Assembly: GCA_934120675.1 (NCBI GenBank)
Contig: CAKOUU010000001.1
Span: 17,926-81,925 of the forward strand
Length of the DNA stretch: 64,000 nucleotides
Source: an uncultured Clostridia bacterium
Lineage (GTDB): Bacteria > Bacillota > Clostridia > TANB77 > CAG-508
Reading direction: 5' to 3'
Shown here: piece after piece, positions 47,217 through 57,430 of the stretch
Numbering within the stretch: the stretch's first letter is position 1
Layout of the letters: each line of letters starts with the position of its first letter
The notes under the pieces: generated by a model
Told to the model about the DNA's origin: nothing
Databases searched by the model: none
What the model saw: the letters and a program-made list of their open reading frames with translations, nothing else
Program-made: the position numbers and the translations under genes

Positions 47217-48383
47217 TTATTCCATTTCAAATGATATTTCAAAATCTGCATTATCATTCAATTTCATAATTAAATTAATATTTCTTAATTCTCCAGCAGA
47301 ACTAAGTCCCTCTTTATAATTAACATTAACTAAATAAAATGTTCCTTTATTTTCTGAAGTTATATTTCCTACATAATTATAATCAAAAAATCTTTCATTA
47401 ATAAATTTTTCAAAATCAGTATAATTACTAAAATAATTATTTTTAAATTCACTATTTAAATAATTATCATATATATCTTTATATTCTTTATTGTTTAACA
47501 TTTTAAACAATTTATCAACATTTGTTGTGATTTTTATCTTATCAGATGAACTATTATATTTTTCATTAAACTCTTCTGAATTAATAGTATAATTATCTAA
47601 TAACATTGAAAAATCCATAATTCCTTTTTCCTTAATTATATAATAATTATTATTGTTATCCTCAATTGTATATTGCTTATATTCAGATAAATTGTCAATA
47701 GAATACTTTGTCGCATTTAAATTAATAATATTATTTCTATTATTATTTATATATTCTTTAAAACTATTGATATCTGCAAATTTTTTATTCTTATAATCTT
47801 CATCTAAATAATTATTATAAAATAACTCAGGATTTGATAAAGCTATTTTTTTGTAATAGTCCATATATGTTCTAATTATATATTCATCATTTACACTTAA
47901 ATATGAAAATTTATTGTTTGGTTCTAATTTTTCTTTATCATCTACTATTTCTATATCATCTAAATCATCATATTTTCCATCCAATAATTTTACTGAATAT
48001 ATTTTATTAAATGAATCTAATTTAACTAAATAATAAACATATTGACAATTTTCATAATTTTTATCCATTACAATGCCATATACAGAATACAAATCTAAAT
48101 CTGTTCCTTCTTTCCAATTCATTTTTAATGGAACAAAATAATAATTATCTCCTATTGATTCAGAAATACATCCAGCAACAGTAAAAAATTTTTCATTATC
48201 AGTTACTTTTAAAATTTCATCTGTATTGTTTTCTTCAGAATCATTATTATTCGTAGACATATTTACATTCGCAGTTTTATTTTTTCCCCTACTAACCAAA
48301 AATAAAATAGAGATAATGATAATAATAATTATCATTATTAAAATTAATAATAACCTAACGCCTTTTATAAAATCATTATTCAT
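47217..48383 (-). CDS. Hypothetical membrane-anchored protein (last gene of T4SS-like cluster)
   Basis: 388 aa with an N-terminal TM segment (LLLILIMIIIIIIISILFLV) and an N/Y/K-rich ectodomain. Confidence 0.5.
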   Translation of the reverse strand: MNNDFIKGVRLLLILIMIIIIIIISILFLVSRGKNKTANVNMSTNNNDSEENNTDEILKVTDNEKFFTVAGCISESIGDNYYFVPLKMNWKEGTDLDLYSVYGIVMDKNYENCQYVYYLVKLDSFNKIYSVKLLDGKYDDLDDIEIVDDKEKLEPNNKFSYLSVNDEYIIRTYMDYYKKIALSNPELFYNNYLDEDYKNKKFADINSFKEYINNNRNNIINLNATKYSIDNLSEYKQYTIEDNNNNYYIIKEKGIMDFSMLLDNYTINSEEFNEKYNSSSDKIKITTNVDKLFKMLNNKEYKDIYDNYLNSEFKNNYFSNYTDFEKFINERFFDYNYVGNITSENKGTFYLVNVNYKEGLSSAGELRNINLIMKLNDNADFEISFEME

Positions 48384-48397
48384 GAATATTCTCCTTT

Positions 48398-48820
48398 TTA
48401 ATACACAATAAATTCACATACTTCAGTTTGTAAATTTACTTTAGCTATTAATCTAGATTCCTTTGAATCATTCAATTTAAATTTAATAGTAATTATATTA
48501 TCATCTAATTCATAACTTATATACTTAGCTTCACTACAATCTACATTTCCATTTTTATATAAGAATTCTTTCATACTATTCTTAAATTTAGAAATATCTT
48601 TAATATAATTAATAACTTCTTCATTCATATTTACAATACTAAAATTAAAATTACTCAAGTGATCAGAATTAAATTCTTCACCACCTTCTGATACACTTGA
48701 AATATCAGTTACTTCATTTTTTTGTTTTTCACTTTTAATACTAAATATTATTAATGCTACAATAACAATAATTAATATAATTGCTAATAATGTATATAAA
48801 ATTTTATTGTTCATAACCAT
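48398..48820 (-). CDS. Hypothetical membrane-anchored protein
   Basis: 140 aa with an N-terminal TM segment. Confidence 0.5.
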   Translation of the reverse strand: MVMNNKILYTLLAIILIIVIVALIIFSIKSEKQKNEVTDISSVSEGGEEFNSDHLSNFNFSIVNMNEEVINYIKDISKFKNSMKEFLYKNGNVDCSEAKYISYELDDNIITIKFKLNDSKESRLIAKVNLQTEVCEFIVY

Positions 48821-48879
48821 TTCTTATAATCAATTAATTAGAAATATCAAAATTTCTAATTAATTGACTTCCTTTCTAC

Positions 48880-51756
48880 TTAATTAAAAATCCAATAACC
48901 TTTTGCAGCTTGATTAATTTCTGATGATGTAAAAGTTCTATTATTATAGCCCTTAGTTACAGCATTATTTTTATTTGGATCCTTTACAGTAATGTTACCA
49001 CTCGAATCTATTCCAGATAACACAATAAAATGTCCTCCAGAAGTAAATAATCCTGGTGCTTGAGAAGAAATTACATATTTGCCTTGTTTTAACGCTGTAA
49101 TTACATCATTAATACTACTTGTTTGATTTACTGTAACACCTAGTCCAAAATGTGATGCAGCAGCTGCAAAATAACTCCAGCTAGTACCACTACCACTTAT
49201 ATAATAACTATTTCCACACCATGCAATAGCATCTGCAGGTGTTATAGTTTTTCCAGTTAATGTAGATGCTATCATCGCAAAAGATGTTGGTCCACATCCG
49301 CTTTTAGCCAAGTTACTTGAGCCATATGGAACACTTGCATAATCACCTTGGTAATATTGTACAAAAGAACCTGATGTTAATGAACTTACCGTAATTCCAG
49401 CAGCATTATAAAAATTATTTATATATGATAATGTATTCTTTACCCAATCATCACCTTGAGTAGGATACGCTGGACTATTAGGACAATAAACATGTCCAAT
49501 GTCTGAAACAGTATACTTTCCTTGAGTAAAATAATAACTACCATTAGCTATATTGCTACCAAAATTGTCAACAGATGCCCCTACTGAACTATAAATTTTA
49601 TAATGACTTGTACCTTCTCCATTATATACTAATCCATATACAGAGTCCTTTCCAGCCTTTATATTAAACCAGTTATTCCAACAAGTTCCAATAGTCGCTC
49701 CAACAGAGTTTGAAGAAGTTGCTGTTTTTATAGCATTTCCAGCTGTTCCTGCACCAGTTTCTGTTATTGAAACTGCTGCTGCAAAAAGAGCATTTACTTT
49801 ATATTTATTCTGCATATCTAAAAACTCTTGTGCATGTTCTACTAACTTAGAAGAGTTTGAATATCCACTAAAAGCTTTCTTTAATGTTTCAACATCCTTT
49901 ATAAAATTACTTTCATCGTTTACATTAATATCACCAGTTACAAAGCTGCTCCAAGAACCATTAGCTGCAGAACTTGCGCCATATAAACTATCTAAAAAAT
50001 TATCTTCAAATTTTCCAAATTTATCAGTTCCTGTAACTTTATTAAATAAAAACTTCGTTAATTCAACCATATTTATAGTATCAGGATTCGTTTCCAACAA
50101 TTCAAATAACCAACTTGTAATCTCCGATGTCAACATATATTTAGCATTTCCATGGTATCCATCACATAAAATGCTAACAAAATTAAGTTGCCCTTCACCT
50201 TTCTCAATCTTATAATTATTCGTTGGAGTTTGTGCAACATACTTTTGTTCAGAAATTGTATTAGTTGTTGTTTGCTTTCTGTTTATCCTATGCTTATATA
50301 CATTACATTCAACATATTGTGGCAAAACAACATCTTCAATTACAGCTTCAGTAGATGAATTTGAATCTACTACTAATTTATTATTTTGTATTTTAATACT
50401 AGGTCCATTACCTTTGGCATCAGATAAACTAACATTTTTACTAGATGTTTGTCCATCCTGTGGCTTATTTTTTTCAATATACTCCTTCGCTTTCTTTGCT
50501 AATTCTTGTGCATGACTATTGTTTAATAATGCCGAATTACCATTTGATGTCTCAGAGGCATTTTCATCTTTAACATATTCTGTTGGATCCAAATCTTTTG
50601 AATTGCTCTCATCAGAAGTGGTTTGCGCACTTTGATATGTATATTCTTTACTATAATTTGTTATCCAAACATCTGCCTTAGTCATATCAACCATTGGAGT
50701 ATCAGTTTCATATATTGTTTTATGTGTAATTGTATATTCTGTATCATCTGTTGAAAAATCAGCATCTCTTCTTATATCTTTAGTTGCAGCATTTAATTCT
50801 TGAATTTGTTTTAAAGGCATCCAATATCCTTTAGTAGGAATGTTCTTTAATCCATATGTATTTGATACTGATACCTCTGCATATGTATCTGTTCTTGTTT
50901 CCTTATTATAAGTATATTCATCAACATTTGTATTTTTTGTAATATTATCATAAATTGATATAACAATTTCACTATTTTCAACCAAATCAGCAAGTTCTAA
51001 AACAAAATCCTTATCTTCTCCGATTACCAATAAAGACCATAAATATTGAAATGGCATCGTATACTTCTTAACAAAATTCTTATAATTAATTTTTTGCTCA
51101 GATACAATTTTTGTTACTTTTTTATAATTTCCATCACTATCTTTATCATCTTCTGTTAATTCATCTGTTATTTCACTAACTTTAAATTCATCATCATTTG
51201 ATGTAACAATATCTGTAGTTGTATTTATTATTGCAACAACTGCATTACCATCGCCATCTAAAGAAAAATAATTTATTGCTTCTGTATTATTATTTTGTAC
51301 ATAACCAGAAAAAGTATTGTAATCCACGTATGTTAAGAATGTAGATGTTCCATCCTCTTTATGTCTTTCAAATTGAATAACTCCATCTAATTTAGCATCA
51401 TCTTTCCCTGTTTTAGGATACTGCGTAACAATTTCTGCATTCATTAATTTTTCTAATTCTTCAGGTTTATCCAAATAATTTTTTATATTATTATTTTTCT
51501 TTACCATTTCATCCCAAAGATCTTGGGCACTGGTATCTGATGTAATTCCATTTTCCCCAACCTTAACGCCAGATGTATAAGTTGATGCAACAAATGGAGT
51601 ACTTTCCCAGTCATCTTCCTTATATGTTCCATCATCTATAGTAATATAATAAACACTTGCTGGAAGAATTATCATTAATAAAATAACTATAATAAGAATT
51701 ATAACTAAAATCCTTTTGATTTTAAGTATTTCCATTATTTTCTTTATATTATCCAT
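48880..51756 (-). CDS. T4SS-associated bifunctional peptidoglycan hydrolase (glucosaminidase-like plus C39-like cysteine peptidase domains)
   Basis: N-terminal TM segment. NALFAAAVSITETGAG...WNNWFNIK resembles GH73 / FlgJ-type glucosaminidase. SGCGPTSFAMIASTLTG ... GGHFIVLSGID ... VKDPN resembles Peptidase_C39_2. The role is analogous to TcpG, CwlT and PrgK. Confidence 0.65.
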   Translation of the reverse strand: MDNIKKIMEILKIKRILVIILIIVILLMIILPASVYYITIDDGTYKEDDWESTPFVASTYTSGVKVGENGITSDTSAQDLWDEMVKKNNNIKNYLDKPEELEKLMNAEIVTQYPKTGKDDAKLDGVIQFERHKEDGTSTFLTYVDYNTFSGYVQNNNTEAINYFSLDGDGNAVVAIINTTTDIVTSNDDEFKVSEITDELTEDDKDSDGNYKKVTKIVSEQKINYKNFVKKYTMPFQYLWSLLVIGEDKDFVLELADLVENSEIVISIYDNITKNTNVDEYTYNKETRTDTYAEVSVSNTYGLKNIPTKGYWMPLKQIQELNAATKDIRRDADFSTDDTEYTITHKTIYETDTPMVDMTKADVWITNYSKEYTYQSAQTTSDESNSKDLDPTEYVKDENASETSNGNSALLNNSHAQELAKKAKEYIEKNKPQDGQTSSKNVSLSDAKGNGPSIKIQNNKLVVDSNSSTEAVIEDVVLPQYVECNVYKHRINRKQTTTNTISEQKYVAQTPTNNYKIEKGEGQLNFVSILCDGYHGNAKYMLTSEITSWLFELLETNPDTINMVELTKFLFNKVTGTDKFGKFEDNFLDSLYGASSAANGSWSSFVTGDINVNDESNFIKDVETLKKAFSGYSNSSKLVEHAQEFLDMQNKYKVNALFAAAVSITETGAGTAGNAIKTATSSNSVGATIGTCWNNWFNIKAGKDSVYGLVYNGEGTSHYKIYSSVGASVDNFGSNIANGSYYFTQGKYTVSDIGHVYCPNSPAYPTQGDDWVKNTLSYINNFYNAAGITVSSLTSGSFVQYYQGDYASVPYGSSNLAKSGCGPTSFAMIASTLTGKTITPADAIAWCGNSYYISGSGTSWSYFAAAASHFGLGVTVNQTSSINDVITALKQGKYVISSQAPGLFTSGGHFIVLSGIDSSGNITVKDPNKNNAVTKGYNNRTFTSSEINQAAKGYWIFN

Positions 51757-51773
51757 TATTATTTCCTTTTATA

Positions 51774-52730
51774 TTAAACATTAATTTCAAATTTTTCAAT
51801 ATCATTATATTGTGTTTTATCTTCAGTTTTACTATATTCTTCATAATTAAGTATTACATTTGAAAAAACTATTTTCTTTATTGTTCTACTTGATGAATAT
51901 GAATTATTAAATTTTATTTTTATTGTATTTTTGTATTTCCCTTGTATCTTAAATTTTTCTTTTATTATTTCATTATTATAAAAATAATATTTCATCTTTT
52001 TACTATCTAACAAATATACAGATTTAGTACTATCTCCTGTATCAAGTAATACAGTATTATCCGTATTATTTTCTACTTGTATATTATAAGTTTGATAATC
52101 CATATATGTATCTATACTTTGGATTGTAAATTTAATATTTTTAGTTTCTGTAACTTTATTTACAGACTTTCTTCCAATATAATTATTTATATTTATCTTA
52201 TATGTTTTATCTTTTTCTAATACTGTAATATAATCCTGTTTTGTTTCATTTTTATCTAATCTTCCAGTTGCCAAACTATCTTCCGTTATATTTACCTGAT
52301 ATGTATCTTCCATCCAATTTTCAATTGTATATGATTTCTTTTTTCCTCCAAATGTATTGTCATAATATATTTTTTTAAAATCATCTATTGTTGGATACAT
52401 TTCATCTTTACATTCATCTGTTAAAATATTATATGCCTCGTTTAAGTTCCCCTCATTGCAATAATTTAAAAATTTATTAATAATTTCCGAATCATTCTTT
52501 AATTGTTTTTCTGATACACCATCTCCTGTAACAGCCGATTTATCAGAAATAACTTCTTTTCCATAAATAACATTATTAATATTTTCATTATTAATAGATT
52601 TTTCACTTCTATTATCTCTTTTGGAAAAATAATTTAATAACTGTATAATTGCAATTATAAAGACTATAATCAATATAATCTTAATAATCTTCCTTCTATT
52701 TTGATTGTAAAATCTTATTAATTTATACAT
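51774..52730 (-). CDS. Hypothetical membrane-anchored protein (candidate VirB8/TcpC-like component)
   Basis: 318 aa with an N-terminal TM segment. Placed between the VirB6-like and hydrolase genes. The assignment rests on position only. Confidence 0.4.
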   Translation of the reverse strand: MYKLIRFYNQNRRKIIKIILIIVFIIAIIQLLNYFSKRDNRSEKSINNENINNVIYGKEVISDKSAVTGDGVSEKQLKNDSEIINKFLNYCNEGNLNEAYNILTDECKDEMYPTIDDFKKIYYDNTFGGKKKSYTIENWMEDTYQVNITEDSLATGRLDKNETKQDYITVLEKDKTYKININNYIGRKSVNKVTETKNIKFTIQSIDTYMDYQTYNIQVENNTDNTVLLDTGDSTKSVYLLDSKKMKYYFYNNEIIKEKFKIQGKYKNTIKIKFNNSYSSSRTIKKIVFSNVILNYEEYSKTEDKTQYNDIEKFEINV

Positions 52731-52750
52731 AATTATAGTCCTCCTAATTT

Positions 52751-55444
52751 TTATCCTTTTTTCAATTTATTAAATTTATCAATTCGTTGCATTGTTTTTT
52801 TAGCAATAGCATCCGCCTCTTTGCTATCTTTAACTCTACCATTTTTCTCAAATTCAGAAGCAAAAGTATTCTTCCATTTATCTTTCTCCGGATCATTCAT
52901 ACTTGTTGTATCAGATCCTATTCTTGCAGCATATTTTGCAGTTGCACCAGCCATTGATCTATTTTCTACTACATTTGTTTTTTCTAATTCATATGCTGCT
53001 ATAATATCATCCATATTACCTAGACCCATATCAAAATAATCTGGAACAACTTCTTTCATAATTCTTTTAGCATCTTTTCCATATCTATTCTCTAATTTTA
53101 AAATATTCTTGTCATCTCTTAAAAAGCGCTTTTTGTTTTGTTCATGTATTACTTCATCAAATTCATCACCATAAAGATCTCTATTAGCCTGTTCTTTCAA
53201 ATCTTCATTAATAGGCTTTATCTCAATAGATGAAAGATTTTCTCCAGCAGTCCATCCTCCAATTGCACCTGTAGCTGCATATTGTAAAGTTTTTCCAAGG
53301 CCTTCTCCATCAGCCTCTCCTAAAAAGAATCCTGTTCCTGTTCCCAATATTGTTGTAGCAGCTTTAATGGCTCCTCCCTCAAACTTTTTAGCACCAGCTA
53401 TCCAAGTTTCCGGTTTTTTCAACTTACTACCATAATATCTCATAGCAGTACCTAGACCAGATTTTGTTGCACGTAATACTCGTCTTACTTTACTTTGTTT
53501 TTTGTTTCTATTCTTTTGACTATCTTCTTGTAATCTTACAGTATTTTGATTATTCTGACCTTCTTGAGGTGTTTGGCTATTCTGGTCACCCATCAAAGCT
53601 TGTTGTGCTGCAGCCTCAGCTGCATTTTTGCCCATTTCTAATGTTGCTTCTCCTGCATTCGATATTGTTTCTCCACCTTTAACAATTGCTTTCTTTCCAA
53701 GTTCCTTTGCTAAATCTTTTCCTGTTAAGCCTTCGCCTGTTTCACTTTCATTAGTTTCTTCTCCAAATGCTTTACTTCCATTATCCTCTATACCAGACCC
53801 TATCATAGCATCTTCTTTGCCATCCCAATTCATTCTTGGTTTTTTACCGGCATCATTATCATCTTTATCTTCAGATGATCCACTTTTTCCACCAGGACCA
53901 ATTTTACCTGGTTTTGGACCTTTAAATAATTTATTCATACCAGTCATCATAAGAGCTGCACCTGCAGGACCACCAAGTAATCCAGGTGTTTGTGCTTTTT
54001 CAAATCCAAAGAATTTACGTAATAGTTTTTCTGCAGGAATCATAAAGTTCAATGCCACAATTACATATAATAAATTTTGGCTAGCAAAATTCATTGCAGA
54101 TGTAACCAATATTGTATACAAAATTAAATGCATTGGTTGTATTAAAAGATTAAATATATATTCTTTAAACCACATATTAAAAGCTTGTGCTTTTCCATCA
54201 TTCATTTTGTCTATAGGATATGTCATTGCAACTAATGGTGCAATGATTGTTAAAAAAGTCATATATATAAGTCTTTTTAGATATGTAACTATAAAAATAA
54301 GAGTATCAACTACTAATATAACATATATCATTTTCCAACCAATTGAAACAAAAGTTTCCTCATCGTCATCTAATAATTGTAACTTTATTCTAGCCTGCTG
54401 TACAAAATTTTCTGCTGGCCATAAAAGTCTTGTAGAATCTGACCCAGCCGTATTTCCACTATCATCCAAGAAAAATGAATAATATGGGCTATCTTCTTCT
54501 GAAGATATATCTCCATTTTCAGCAGGTTTTTCTACTAAAGTTTCATATGCCTTATCCACAAAATCAGAATCCGTTATTTCAAACATTTCGGGTTCTTTTA
54601 CATCTGTGTCTTTTTCTTTTACATTTATTTGAGTCGAATCAACTATATTTATAATTTTTTCAACTAACATATTCGAAAAAGACATAATATAATGCATTAT
54701 AAATAACAAACACACAGCAACTACCCAGTCCACCAACAATTGCTTGTACTTAGCTTTATCTGACGATGTCGTTGATATAATTATTCTTATCCCTACATAC
54801 ACCAAAATAGATAATAATGCAACTACAGCTATATCTCTTAATATTAAATACCAATTTGCTACAGTATCTCTTAATTGATAAGCAGTAGATTCCATAGTTG
54901 TCCCATCTTCCAAATCAATTGAATCTGTTGGATTAAAGAAATCCACATCTAATAACGGTATTTTATTAGAAAATATCTCTTGCGGTGTAATTGAATATAA
55001 TGGCAAATACATTGAATCCGGCAACATTCCCTCAACTAAAGAAGTCGTAATAGGAAATGTTATTGTAGTAATTGCCCCAGAAACTAAAACTATCTTTATT
55101 ACACCTAAAGCAACAGCTGCAGCTCCACCTCCGGTAATTACACAAGCTGCTATTGAAATCGCTACTAACACCACAGCCGCAACAATTACTATAACTTTAG
55201 ACCAAATACTAGCAGAAGTATCTATATGTATAAGTGCATTATCAGAATGAAAAATTATACTATGTAGTATAGCCATTATTCCATCTCCAAGTCCTACAAA
55301 AAAAGACATAATTGGATTTAACAATTTTCCACCAATACCATCTTCTGCCCTAACTCCTTTTGGCACACAAAAACTAAAAATCAAAATTATTAAAAATATA
55401 ATCATTAACTTTTTAAACAATTTTTTATTTTGAAAAATTTTCAT
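52751..55444 (-). CDS. VirB6/TrbL/TcpH-like polytopic T4SS membrane protein
   Basis: 897 aa with a signal peptide, at least 6 TM segments and a Gly/charged-rich C-terminal tail. It lies immediately downstream of VirB4. Confidence 0.6.
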   Translation of the reverse strand: MKIFQNKKLFKKLMIIFLIILIFSFCVPKGVRAEDGIGGKLLNPIMSFFVGLGDGIMAILHSIIFHSDNALIHIDTSASIWSKVIVIVAAVVLVAISIAACVITGGGAAAVALGVIKIVLVSGAITTITFPITTSLVEGMLPDSMYLPLYSITPQEIFSNKIPLLDVDFFNPTDSIDLEDGTTMESTAYQLRDTVANWYLILRDIAVVALLSILVYVGIRIIISTTSSDKAKYKQLLVDWVVAVCLLFIMHYIMSFSNMLVEKIINIVDSTQINVKEKDTDVKEPEMFEITDSDFVDKAYETLVEKPAENGDISSEEDSPYYSFFLDDSGNTAGSDSTRLLWPAENFVQQARIKLQLLDDDEETFVSIGWKMIYVILVVDTLIFIVTYLKRLIYMTFLTIIAPLVAMTYPIDKMNDGKAQAFNMWFKEYIFNLLIQPMHLILYTILVTSAMNFASQNLLYVIVALNFMIPAEKLLRKFFGFEKAQTPGLLGGPAGAALMMTGMNKLFKGPKPGKIGPGGKSGSSEDKDDNDAGKKPRMNWDGKEDAMIGSGIEDNGSKAFGEETNESETGEGLTGKDLAKELGKKAIVKGGETISNAGEATLEMGKNAAEAAAQQALMGDQNSQTPQEGQNNQNTVRLQEDSQKNRNKKQSKVRRVLRATKSGLGTAMRYYGSKLKKPETWIAGAKKFEGGAIKAATTILGTGTGFFLGEADGEGLGKTLQYAATGAIGGWTAGENLSSIEIKPINEDLKEQANRDLYGDEFDEVIHEQNKKRFLRDDKNILKLENRYGKDAKRIMKEVVPDYFDMGLGNMDDIIAAYELEKTNVVENRSMAGATAKYAARIGSDTTSMNDPEKDKWKNTFASEFEKNGRVKDSKEADAIAKKTMQRIDKFNKLKKG

Positions 55445-55468
55445 AAAGTTTAAACCTCCTGACTTACT

Positions 55469-57430
55469 CTATGCATTATTTCTTTTTGCAATTTGATTCA
55501 AGTTTGTCTCAACAAACTCAAACTCTTTTTTAGTCGGCATAATTTTCAAAATAGCCGAATCAGCGCCAACTTTAAGTAATCCCTCACCCTTTTGGCAAGT
55601 AACCAAAAAGTTAGCCTCACCTTCTGAAAGTTTAAACACCTCTTTCAAGTATTGTATTTCAGATTTATCTTGTGCTAAAAATAGTTTTGTATCAGAAGAA
55701 GTAAGAACTGCTTGAGCCTCAGGTTTCTCATAGAAATCTTGAAATCTTTGAGAAACAATAGCCAAAGAAACATTTCTTTTTCTTGCACGTCTAGCCATCT
55801 TATTCAAAAAGTCAACAGCCTCTGGATAAGGTAGTAACATCCAAGCCTCATCAACTAAAACTCTCTTTTGTGTAGCCTTCTTTCTATCTTCACTATTTTT
55901 CTTAACGAATTTTTCCCAAATCCAAGAAAGTAAAATTTGTTGTGCAAGAGGTCTTGCAAATCTTTCCTCTAATTGAGAAATATCCAAGTTTATAAATGGA
56001 GCACCCTCTAACAACTCAAAAGTTGACTGTCCATCGAAATAAGCCATTTGCCCATCATATTCTCTTATGTATTGTTTCATAACTTTTAATAAATAACTGT
56101 AATGATATTGATAATCTGAGTTAGTATTTTCTCTAGCCTTTCCTTGAATTCTTCTATACCATGAACCAATTGTAGGCATATCTTTCTTCTCTCTAGAAAG
56201 GATATTACCCCTCATAACTCCTGCAGATTGTTTATACAAACTTTCTGGATTACTATTAATACCAAGAGCTGCATATTCTTCTGCAACAGACTCTGCAATT
56301 ATTTGCTTTGTCAATTCATTTACTTCATCAGAACGAGTACTACCTCTGGCCATAGTAAGTAAAGCCTGTGTAACATCCTCTACCTTATTTTCTATATTTA
56401 AAGTTACTCTTTCTTTACCTGTTATTTCATCTTTTATAGTCTCAGTTTCAACATCAAATAAATTGATAATTGTTTTTGATGTTGGACTTATTACAACATT
56501 AATTCCACCCAAGCTCTCGGCCACAATTGTATATTCGCCTTCAGCATCAAGTGCTAAACTTTCTATTCCCATTAAAACAGATGATCTTGAAATTAATGTT
56601 TTCATTGTTACAGATTTACCAGCACCTGACTTAGCAAATATAACCATATTATAATTCGTAAGTGATGAATGGAAATTATCAAATAATATCGGTGTACCAG
56701 TTTGTTTATTAAATCCTAACGGAACACCTGTAGGATGTCCAACTTCTGAAGTTGTAAATGGAAATACAGTTCCCATGGAATTTCTATCAAAAGTATGTGT
56801 TTTATGTATTTTATCATTCATAAATGGTAAATTTGATTTAAACGCATCTTCTTGCATTCCCCATGCAGTTTTTATTCCAACTAAAGTTTTTGACATTTCA
56901 GAAGATAATAATTTTGTATATCTATCCAAATCATCTAAACTGTACGCAAAAAGGGTTGAGATTATTGAAGCTTCATATAGTTTATTAAAACCTGCAGCTA
57001 TTTCATCTCTTAATTGTTCTGCTTCCAATCTTTTTTGTGAAATTGTACTTTCCCTATTTATGTTTCCTTTATCTGCCGCAACGATTCTTTCTGTTTCTAG
57101 TTCATTTATAACCCTATTTAAATCATTTTGAGATTTATCTTCTTTTATAGGATTTATAAATATTGATGTATTTGTATCTCCAAACATATATAAATCTCTA
57201 AATAATTCTGGAAATGTACACATCCTAGGAAGAGATGATACAAAAAAGCTACGTGCATATCTTTTTGTATTAGATATTATTTCTAAATGGTCTATATTTG
57301 ATGCATCTATTCCTGATGGTGCTATTAATTCTTTTATTGATTTTTTCTTTAATATTGCAACATCTTCTTCTCTATATTCTCTAAATTGCTCTTGTAGATT
57401 TTCTTCTTGTTGTTTTTGTTTTTTTGCCAT
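55469..57430 (-). CDS. VirB4-family T4SS ATPase (TcpF/Orf16/ConE-like)
   Basis: Walker A KSGAGKSVT and Walker B VLVDEAWML. The N-terminal ELIAPSGID...YARSFFVSSLPR matches the Gram-positive VirB4 pattern. The ATG at 57430 follows GAAGGAGGAG. Confidence 0.8.
   Translation of the reverse strand: MAKKQKQQEENLQEQFREYREEDVAILKKKSIKELIAPSGIDASNIDHLEIISNTKRYARSFFVSSLPRMCTFPELFRDLYMFGDTNTSIFINPIKEDKSQNDLNRVINELETERIVAADKGNINRESTISQKRLEAEQLRDEIAAGFNKLYEASIISTLFAYSLDDLDRYTKLLSSEMSKTLVGIKTAWGMQEDAFKSNLPFMNDKIHKTHTFDRNSMGTVFPFTTSEVGHPTGVPLGFNKQTGTPILFDNFHSSLTNYNMVIFAKSGAGKSVTMKTLISRSSVLMGIESLALDAEGEYTIVAESLGGINVVISPTSKTIINLFDVETETIKDEITGKERVTLNIENKVEDVTQALLTMARGSTRSDEVNELTKQIIAESVAEEYAALGINSNPESLYKQSAGVMRGNILSREKKDMPTIGSWYRRIQGKARENTNSDYQYHYSYLLKVMKQYIREYDGQMAYFDGQSTFELLEGAPFINLDISQLEERFARPLAQQILLSWIWEKFVKKNSEDRKKATQKRVLVDEAWMLLPYPEAVDFLNKMARRARKRNVSLAIVSQRFQDFYEKPEAQAVLTSSDTKLFLAQDKSEIQYLKEVFKLSEGEANFLVTCQKGEGLLKVGADSAILKIMPTKKEFEFVETNLNQIAKRNNA

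Noticed and set aside
53628-54482. 284-aa plus-strand ORF inside the VirB6-like gene.
   Set aside because: It is antisense to a much longer ORF with coherent TM architecture. Its Ser/Pro/Leu-rich composition is typical of antisense frames in AT-rich genes.
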